In this document: positions 25,587-31,836 of the stretch, piece by piece
Numbering within the stretch: the first letter of the stretch is position 1
Layout of the letters: each line of letters starts with the position of its first letter
NCBI GenBank assembly: GCA_029856125.1
Contig: JAHQWJ010000076.1
Span: 1 to 31,836, forward strand
Direction: 5' to 3'
Length of the DNA: 31,836 nucleotides
Source: Promethearchaeia archaeon
Lineage (GTDB): Archaea > Asgardarchaeota > Lokiarchaeia > Sigyniarchaeales > SOKP01
Notes under the pieces: generated by a model
Databases searched by the model: none
What the model was told of the DNA's origin: nothing
Seen by the model: the letters and a program-made list of their open reading frames with translations, nothing else
Position numbers and translations under genes: made by a program

Positions 25587-26036
25587 ATGGATTTATTTGA
25601 TTGGATGTTTATTATTTCTGGTTTTATTTTTTTCGTTTCCATGATGGGCGCAATACTATTGATGGCTAATGACAAGATGCAAATTATCAGAATATTTGGT
25701 GTGATCCTTGCAGTCCTGATGTTTCCAATCATCGCTATTTTGATAAATTACATCCTAATCGGTAAAGATCTGAGATTTATTATTTACCTCGTTTTAATCC
25801 TCATTTATCTACTCGCAGAATTCTTACTTGACAGCGTTTTTAAATTTGATTTTCGATCAAAAACGAGCACACATGTTCCATATATCATTATAGAATGGGC
25901 TGCGGCTTTTTCTTTCTTGTTTGGCACGATCTATCTTGATAAGACTATGGGCTGGATTATTGCAATCTTCTTTTGGGCTTTCATTGGTGTTCTGGTGTAC
26001 TATATTATTAAAAGAAGAAAGAAGAAAGAAAACTAA
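25587..26036 (+). CDS. Hypothetical membrane protein (about 5 TM)
   Basis: Hydrophobic helices, GGTGA SD, basic C-terminal tail. Confidence 0.8.
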   Translation: MDLFDWMFIISGFIFFVSMMGAILLMANDKMQIIRIFGVILAVLMFPIIAILINYILIGKDLRFIIYLVLILIYLLAEFLLDSVFKFDFRSKTSTHVPYIIIEWAAAFSFLFGTIYLDKTMGWIIAIFFWAFIGVLVYYIIKRRKKKEN

Positions 26037-26122
26037 GAAGAAGTTTCTTTTGAGAAATATATTTAATTACACCTAATATTGGATTAAGGCGAGGTACATT
26101 TTCTTTATATCTCTCATAATCT

Positions 26123-26521
26123 TTTGAAAAAAATTTTGAGGAATATATTAATAAATGAATTTTATCAGTTCCTATTGATAATACCGAAAAATTATTCCCC
26201 TTAAATGAGCTTAACGAGAAATTCCAACACTCTTTAAAGAAGAGTGAAGAAATTTATACAAGTTTTTCGTATTTTGGTCTTTATATATTCAAAGAAAATG
26301 GAATTAATTCTGTAATTAAAAATTTAATAAACAATGATTTATTGAGCGAGGAAAACCATAATATAGTAAAATTAACTGAAAAAGGTAAATATATGTACGA
26401 GAAGTTCTATTCAGAGCCACTAATGGAGAATATAAAAGACCCATTTGATTTTTTCTTCGAACAAAATTATGATTTCGATAGCTTGAGATATAGAAAGCAA
26501 GAAGTATTACTTAAATTTTAA
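26123..26521 (+). pseudogene. 3' fragment of a paralog of the CDF-wHTH gene
   Basis: FEKNFEEYINK*ILSV...FSYFGLYIFKE...LTEKG...KDPFDFFFEQ aligns with the C-terminus of 23490..25361; TGA at 26156 replaces Trp; no start codon. Confidence 0.9.
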
Positions 26522-26526
26522 AAAAA

Positions 26527-26694
26527 ACACAATCTCCAAGAAGTATGAGTATAGTGTTTAGGTTTTTCTAGGATTTGTGATTAATTAGGACAAGAGTTAA
26601 ATATAGAAATTATTAAATGTATATTGGTTCTATATTTATTTTTTTATAGGATGTGAGCTTCGTGAGAGTTAAACTATGTTTTAAATGTAAACAA
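26527..26694 (+). repeat. Direct repeat copy 1 (promoter + first 11 codons of the Zn micro-protein)
   Basis: Highly similar to 27903..28062 (shared blocks TTTTTCTAGGATTTGTGATTAATTAGG, GTATATTGGTTCTAT, GTGAGCTTCGTGAGAGTTAAA). Confidence 0.95.
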
Positions 26695-26713
26695 ATTTTT
26701 AGATTATAATGAA

Positions 26714-27475
26714 TTGGTGTATTTTATGAGTCTATGGTATTATATTTTAATTATCCTATGTGTGATCATTCTTTTTCTCTTAATCTTTGGTCTACCTCGT
26801 AAAAGAAGTGCAAGGAGTCCTAATATTGAGGGATTAGATAGTCCGGAGGTCGCGAAAGCGTTTGATAAAATGACGGATATTTTACCATTTAGAATCTTAC
26901 GGAAAAAGATTATATCACATATTCGTAAATTAAATCCATCCGGAAGACTTATAGATGCAGGTTGTGGCCCAGGAAATTTAATCGTTCAATTAGCAAAGGA
27001 ATTTCCTACCTTGGAGCTTATTGGTGTGGACATTTCTAATGAAATACTGGAACGAGCTAAGATAAGAGCAACTAAACATGAGAGAAAGATTGAATTTAAG
27101 GAAGGCTCTGTTGAAAACCTACCGTTTCCTAACGAATATGCGGATTTTATAATTTCAACTTTTTCACTCCATCATTGGATTAATCCCGATAGGGCTTTTC
27201 AAGAAATATATAGGGTTTTAAAAAAAGAAGGTAGCGCACTAATATTTGATTTTAGACGAGATTCTCGAAAATTCTATTACGGGTTCTTAACATTTATAAC
27301 TAAAATCGTCGCTCCTAAAGCATTGAGAAATGTTAATGAACCAATAGGGTCTCTTAAATCTTCTTATACGCCTCTAGAGGCGCAAGAACTCCTCTCCAAA
27401 GAGCAGATCAAAGATATAACTATTAAACCTATGCTTGCTTGGATGTTTGTTCAAATTACGAAATTAAATCCTTAG
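26714..27475 (+). CDS. Class I SAM-dependent methyltransferase with N-terminal membrane anchor
   Basis: IDAGCGPG, GVDIS, LPFP...D, SLHHW, RVLKKEG; alternative ATG at 26726. Confidence 0.92.
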   Translation: MVYFMSLWYYILIILCVIILFLLIFGLPRKRSARSPNIEGLDSPEVAKAFDKMTDILPFRILRKKIISHIRKLNPSGRLIDAGCGPGNLIVQLAKEFPTLELIGVDISNEILERAKIRATKHERKIEFKEGSVENLPFPNEYADFIISTFSLHHWINPDRAFQEIYRVLKKEGSALIFDFRRDSRKFYYGFLTFITKIVAPKALRNVNEPIGSLKSSYTPLEAQELLSKEQIKDITIKPMLAWMFVQITKLNP

Positions 27476-27534
27476 CTTCTTCTTCTAAAACAAAAGGAGA
27501 AAGTTAAAATTTCTAATTTTACTTATCATTTTGT

Positions 27535-27858
27535 ATGGAAATTATTGCAATGGGAGAGCTGCGAGAGTTTTTTACGATTAATCTGCCCAAGTTCGAGGAT
27601 CCCGTCATTTTTATTAGCTCTGAATTTATTCCTGGATGTCCAAAATGCAATAGTAGTGCAAGCGTATATTATCTCCAACTTACTGAAAGAAATTTGATTC
27701 CGAGTGAAGGAAATCTTGAAAAAGCCGAAAAACACAAATTTCCTATAGACATCTATGTCCAATATCAAGTTCTAAAAGGAAAACCCACGCAAATTGTCAT
27801 AGGCACGAAAGAATCAAATGGAACGCTTGAGATGGTGCTCAATCGAATTATAGATTGA
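27535..27858 (+). CDS. Hypothetical protein with CPKC motif
   Basis: 107-aa ORF filling the gap, followed by a T-rich tract; no family recognised. Confidence 0.6.
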   Translation: MEIIAMGELREFFTINLPKFEDPVIFISSEFIPGCPKCNSSASVYYLQLTERNLIPSEGNLEKAEKHKFPIDIYVQYQVLKGKPTQIVIGTKESNGTLEMVLNRIID

Positions 27859-27902
27859 GACTTTTGAAATCAATTTTTTTCAATTTTACTTTTAAAACTC
27901 CG

Positions 27903-28062
27903 ACACAATCTCCGAAAGGCAAGAGTATAGTGTTTTTCTAGGATTTGTGATTAATTAGGGCAAGAGTTTAAATATTGAAATTATTAACTGTATATTGGTT
28001 CTATTTTTTTTTTATAGGAGGTGAGCTTCGTGAGAGTTAAATTGTGTTTTAAATGTAAACAA
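27903..28062 (+). repeat. Direct repeat copy 2 (intact promoter, SD and start of micro-protein)
   Basis: Matches 26527..26694; contains TTTAAATA TATA-like box and AGGAGGTGA SD. Confidence 0.95.
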
Positions 28063-28197
28063 TACATAGCCATCCGCGAGAATGATTTTAATAATAGTAG
28101 AGACTTACTACTGTTTGATAAAGCTCATGCCGGTCATCCCACTCAGATTGTAAACAAAGAAGAAGTCGCTAATTATGAAATGTGGAGTGGAAGTTAA
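28030..28197 (+). CDS. Small putative Zn-binding protein (CxxC...HxxH, 55 aa)
   Basis: Not in ORF track. GTG after AGGAGGTGA: MRVKLCFKCKQYIAIRENDFNNSRDLLLFDKAHAGHPTQIVNKEEVANYEMWSGS. Confidence 0.8.
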   Translation: MRVKLCFKCKQYIAIRENDFNNSRDLLLFDKAHAGHPTQIVNKEEVANYEMWSGS

Positions 28198-28366
28198 GTA
28201 AAAATTGCGATAAGCGATAAAGAACTTTTTACATGTGTCTTAAACTAATAGTTTACCAATTACTCATTTTTTCTAAAATAGAATAAAATTATTCTAATAG
28301 GAAAACTTATTGTAAAGTTATTAGATACGGCTTAGTTTATAGCTATTAGAATTAAAGTAAGAAATA

Positions 28367-28879
28367 TTGAAAGAGATAGCTAAAGATGATTTGGGAGGAC
28401 AAAAAGAATTGAATGAAATGAAACTCACTCATTTAACTTGGGACGATATCGATGATTACTGCAAAAAATTAGCGAATTTGATCAAAAAATCTGACTTTAA
28501 ACCAGAAATCATTGTAGGAATTCAAAGAGGTGGCTGTATAACAGCAGTTCTCCTTTCTCACTTATTAAATATCGAGGATTTCTGCACAATTGGGATTCGA
28601 TCTACAGCATCCGATGATGTTCGCGCTCAACGAATGAAACCAATTATATACGATCCTTTTTCCTTACAACTCATAACCGGTAAAAGAGTTTTACTTGCCG
28701 ATGACATCACCGACAGCGGGGGAACTTTAATCAAAGCCAAAAGAGTGTTACTAAGCTATGGTTGCAAAGAGGTTAAATTTGCTACAATTGTAAGTGCTCC
28801 GGCTAACACTGGTAACGTAGATTTTTATGCTAAAGAAATTAAACCGTGGGTCGTCTTTCCATGGGAAATTAAAACTTAA
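28367..28879 (+). CDS. Type I phosphoribosyltransferase (Gpt/Hpt-like)
   Basis: LTWDDI, IVGIQRGG, VLLADDITDSGGTL (PRPP loop), WVVFPWE; ATG 28418 is a likely alternative start. Confidence 0.92.
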   Translation: MKEIAKDDLGGQKELNEMKLTHLTWDDIDDYCKKLANLIKKSDFKPEIIVGIQRGGCITAVLLSHLLNIEDFCTIGIRSTASDDVRAQRMKPIIYDPFSLQLITGKRVLLADDITDSGGTLIKAKRVLLSYGCKEVKFATIVSAPANTGNVDFYAKEIKPWVVFPWEIKT

Positions 28880-28941
28880 AATTAATAAAGGTGGAACATT
28901 ATGAGTTTATTTAACAAATCTAATAATTAAAACTGATTTTT

Positions 28942-30228
28942 TTGACAAAAACATCTAATAATTTCAACTTCGTGTTAGCATTATTGCTATTTTTGAGCTG
29001 TACAAACATTTTCTCAGTTGCTCTAGCTGATACTAACGTTAAAATTTCCTCCCCTTCATCTACTTTGGATCCCGATGTTGCAGAACTCCTATGGAATTAC
29101 ACAACAAATGACGGCATTCGAGACGTATCAATTACTGCAGATGGAGGATTGATTGCTGCTAGTACTTACTCTGATGATGGATTAATTTACCTATTTACCG
29201 ATGAGGCATCTGAATCAAAAATTCCTCTATGGACCTACAACGCAACTACTAGCGTATATGGTGTAGACATTACCCCTGAAGGAAATCATATTGCTGCAGT
29301 CAGTGATGCACAAAATGTACTGTATTTCAACGATTCAGTAACTTCCCCCAAAATGCCTGAATGGGAATTTACTTCAACCTCAGATTTTCCGAATGATGTT
29401 GCTATTTCTGCCAATGGAAATTACATAGTAGCAGCCACAGATGATGGGAATGTGTATTTTTTTAATAGTACGTATGGTAACCCTAAAACAGAAATGTGGA
29501 GTTTCTCTACAGGAGATAGCGTTTGGTCAGTCTCTATTTCTGCTGATGGAAATTATATTGCTGTAGCCAGTGCTGATAACCATTTATACGTTTTTGATAA
29601 AACTAGCTCGACTCCACTCTGGAATTTTACCGAAAGCTCTGATGTACACACCGTAGAAATTTCCGATGATGGGAATTATCTTGTAGCAGGAACACAAAAT
29701 TCTAAAGTGTTGCTTTTTAATATATCTAGCAATGTACCAATCTGGACGTATAATGCCGACGATTCAGTATATTCTGTTGCTATAAATTCTAACGGAAATT
29801 ATATTGCTGCAGGGGGTTTAGATAACAAAGTCTATTTTTTTGAAAGATCTAACTCAACTCCCCTATGGAATTATACCACTGGTGCCCAAATTGGTGATAC
29901 TGATCATCCTCATTGTATAGATATCTCGGCGGATGGTAAATATCTCGCTGTAGGTAGTAATGATAATCGTACTTATGTTTTTGAGAGGTCAAGTGGAACT
30001 CCACTATGGAATTATACTACAGAAGGAATTTTATACGCGGTTGCTATGTCTGCAAATGGTGCTTACATTACTGTGGGTGGTGATGATCATCATATATATC
30101 TGCTCTTTCAAGATTTATCTACGCCATCTCCAGCAGCGATTTCTTTTGGATATTGGTTCATTCTGTTTGCTTTACCAACATTTGTTGGACTTATTGTCTT
30201 CAGAAGAAAGCGCATTAAAAACATATAA
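28942..30228 (+). CDS. Surface-anchored 8-bladed WD40/PQQ-like beta-propeller
   Basis: Signal peptide, eight (P)LWxY/F...VxISxDGxYIA repeats, C-terminal ISFGY + TM + RRKR tail. Confidence 0.9.
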   Translation: MTKTSNNFNFVLALLLFLSCTNIFSVALADTNVKISSPSSTLDPDVAELLWNYTTNDGIRDVSITADGGLIAASTYSDDGLIYLFTDEASESKIPLWTYNATTSVYGVDITPEGNHIAAVSDAQNVLYFNDSVTSPKMPEWEFTSTSDFPNDVAISANGNYIVAATDDGNVYFFNSTYGNPKTEMWSFSTGDSVWSVSISADGNYIAVASADNHLYVFDKTSSTPLWNFTESSDVHTVEISDDGNYLVAGTQNSKVLLFNISSNVPIWTYNADDSVYSVAINSNGNYIAAGGLDNKVYFFERSNSTPLWNYTTGAQIGDTDHPHCIDISADGKYLAVGSNDNRTYVFERSSGTPLWNYTTEGILYAVAMSANGAYITVGGDDHHIYLLFQDLSTPSPAAISFGYWFILFALPTFVGLIVFRRKRIKNI

Positions 30229-30623
30229 GTAATCCTTAATTTCTTTTTTTTTTCATTTTTCTTATTAATTGGTGAATAAGCGAGTGTAAAGATAGTATAT
30301 AGACTATAAAAATTATTTGAAAATTACATTTAAATATAAGGAAATAAATTTAAAAGAACCAAAACTATTGCAACAGGAGCTAATATCTACGACTTTCGAT
30401 TCATCAAGAACTATCAAACCCCAAGAGGGTGGCCACCAGAAAATGTTTCAGAAAGTAAAGCTCTCATGTAAATAACCGACTTAAAAAAAGGATATTTATC
30501 TACTCTGTTAATTTTTAAAATTTTATATTTTTTTCCACAATTAATTATTAGATAAATAATGTTTTACTTTGTAATAGAATAAATAAATCCCTTAATTATA
30601 ATAGAATGGAAGGTGATATAGGA

Positions 30624-31836
30624 ATGAAAATAATTACGGGCGTGGATATTTTAGATGAAGAGATAAAAAAGAAATTAAGGACCGAAAATATCTATAAAAT
30701 TTTCAATAATTTCATTATTCCACTTATAACAGAAGAGGAGCGGGAATTTTTGGAGGAATTGGAGCAATTTTTACTAAAGGAAATTGAACCAAAAATGAAT
30801 TTAAGTGAGGAAGTGTACGAACTTTTTCCCATCCTCGGCAAGAAACACTACATTCAGAGATTAAATCCGTATGGAGATTCTGAAAGATATAACATGCGTT
30901 ATGAAATGCTTTTAGCGATGGCAACATCGATTATTGATCCCGAGTTAGATTTAGCACGGGTGGTGACTGGAGTAATATTTGCTAATCCACTATTTCAATT
31001 TGGTACAGGAGATAGAATTTCTGAGATTTTACATGAAATATTAACGGGCAAAAAGATTGGCTGTATTTGTATCACTGAAAGAAAACGTGGTTCTGATGCG
31101 GTCAATATGGAGATGAAGGTTAAAGATAAAGGAGATCACGTAGTTTTCACTGGAGAAAAATTATATACGACTAATGGTCCAGTAGCGGATTATTTCATAG
31201 TATATGGGGTTTCGAACGTCTCTGATCCACGCGGAACAATGTATCAAGCAATTGCAGAAAGAGGATATGAAGGATTACAAACCAATAGACTTGGCATTCA
31301 ATCTGTTCCACGCGTACAAATTGGGCAAAGCCTTTTTAATTCTGTGAAAATCCCGAGAGAAAATGTTCTTGGAGGTAGAGGTCAAGGTTATAAAAATCTA
31401 TTTTCCGGACTTGTAGCAGAAAGATGTTCCATCATTGGGTCTAGTTTAGGTATTGCGTGGTTAACTGCAGTTACAGGCCTTATTTATACAAACTTAAGAA
31501 TTCAATTTGGCCGACCTCTATATGATTTCCAAGGAGTCTCACTTCCTCAAACCCAAAATTTCACTGAACTCATGGCAGCTACAGAACTTGGCTTAAAATC
31601 AGCTTCTGAGTATAACAAGACAATTGAACGGAAACAATCCGATCAGCAAAAGTTCATTAAATACAACGCAGCCTTTAGTTCAGGTACAAAATATCTTGCT
31701 TCACACCTCGCTCATAAAATTTCTTACGAAACTCAACAGTTGTGCGGAGGTATTGCTTTTACAGATAACTTGCGGATTGATAAAGCATTAGAAGTTGCTA
31801 AAGTTCAGGAAATAATCGGGGGCGCTCGAAATATAC
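30624..31836 (+). CDS. Acyl-CoA dehydrogenase (partial, runs off window end)
   Basis: Not in ORF track. ATG 30624 after AGGTGA SD; CITERKRGSDA, GEKLYTTNG, GLVAER, RIQFGRPL..FQGV, QLCGG, QEIIGGARNI. Confidence 0.93.
   Translation, partial: MKIITGVDILDEEIKKKLRTENIYKIFNNFIIPLITEEEREFLEELEQFLLKEIEPKMNLSEEVYELFPILGKKHYIQRLNPYGDSERYNMRYEMLLAMATSIIDPELDLARVVTGVIFANPLFQFGTGDRISEILHEILTGKKIGCICITERKRGSDAVNMEMKVKDKGDHVVFTGEKLYTTNGPVADYFIVYGVSNVSDPRGTMYQAIAERGYEGLQTNRLGIQSVPRVQIGQSLFNSVKIPRENVLGGRGQGYKNLFSGLVAERCSIIGSSLGIAWLTAVTGLIYTNLRIQFGRPLYDFQGVSLPQTQNFTELMAATELGLKSASEYNKTIERKQSDQQKFIKYNAAFSSGTKYLASHLAHKISYETQQLCGGIAFTDNLRIDKALEVAKVQEIIGGARNI

Noticed and set aside
16097-26521. TGA at apparent Trp positions in two fragments, suggesting TGA=Trp recoding
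   Set aside because: Intact genes use TGG for Trp and several end in TGA (e.g. 6954, 11031, 18222); both fragments lack starts, so TGG>TGA decay is simpler.
26527-28062. Direct repeat as CRISPR, IS ends or SAM riboswitch
   Set aside because: Only two long copies, no transposase or terminal inverted repeats, no SAM-I consensus; explained by a duplicated promoter and gene start.
30317-30475. Possible 52-aa ORF or gene remnant between the propeller and ACAD genes
   Set aside because: No clear SD and no recognisable motif.
10490-30927. Remaining short overlapping track ORFs (e.g. 10630..10854, 14466..14702, 16327..17021, 19237..19512, 23830..24648, 27526..27768, 29960..30232, 30724..30927)
   Set aside because: Shadows of real genes; 30724..30927 is antisense to the acyl-CoA dehydrogenase.

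Overview
AT-rich archaeal chromosomal window, most likely Asgard (Lokiarchaeia/Promethearchaeota-like). The assignment is inferred from a Rab-like small GTPase, GGTGA-type Shine-Dalgarno sites, poly-T terminators and a surface protein ending in an ISFGY-TM-basic tail. No rRNA, tRNA, CRISPR array or transposase was seen. The most interesting element is a 7-gene plus-strand redox cluster (10546-16014): two split-barrel flavoproteins, a ferredoxin, an HdrD/CCG-like Fe-S protein, a methanofuran furan synthase (MfnB) with no other mfn genes beside it, and a two-subunit tungsten AOR-family enzyme whose usual EYE active-site motif is replaced. It lies divergent from a PAS-GAF-PAS kinase / REC-ArsR / ArsR regulatory operon. 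Also present: a CDF-like membrane protein fused to winged-helix domains plus an inverted pseudogene of a paralog, a ~165-bp direct repeat that copied the promoter and start of an unannotated CxxC/HxxH micro-protein in front of a methyltransferase, a ketopantoate reductase with no canonical start codon, DtxR-like palindromes, and several ORFs missing from the supplied track (condensation-domain protein, DUF4177-like protein, Zn micro-protein, acyl-CoA dehydrogenase). All family calls come from motif recognition by eye; no database search was run.
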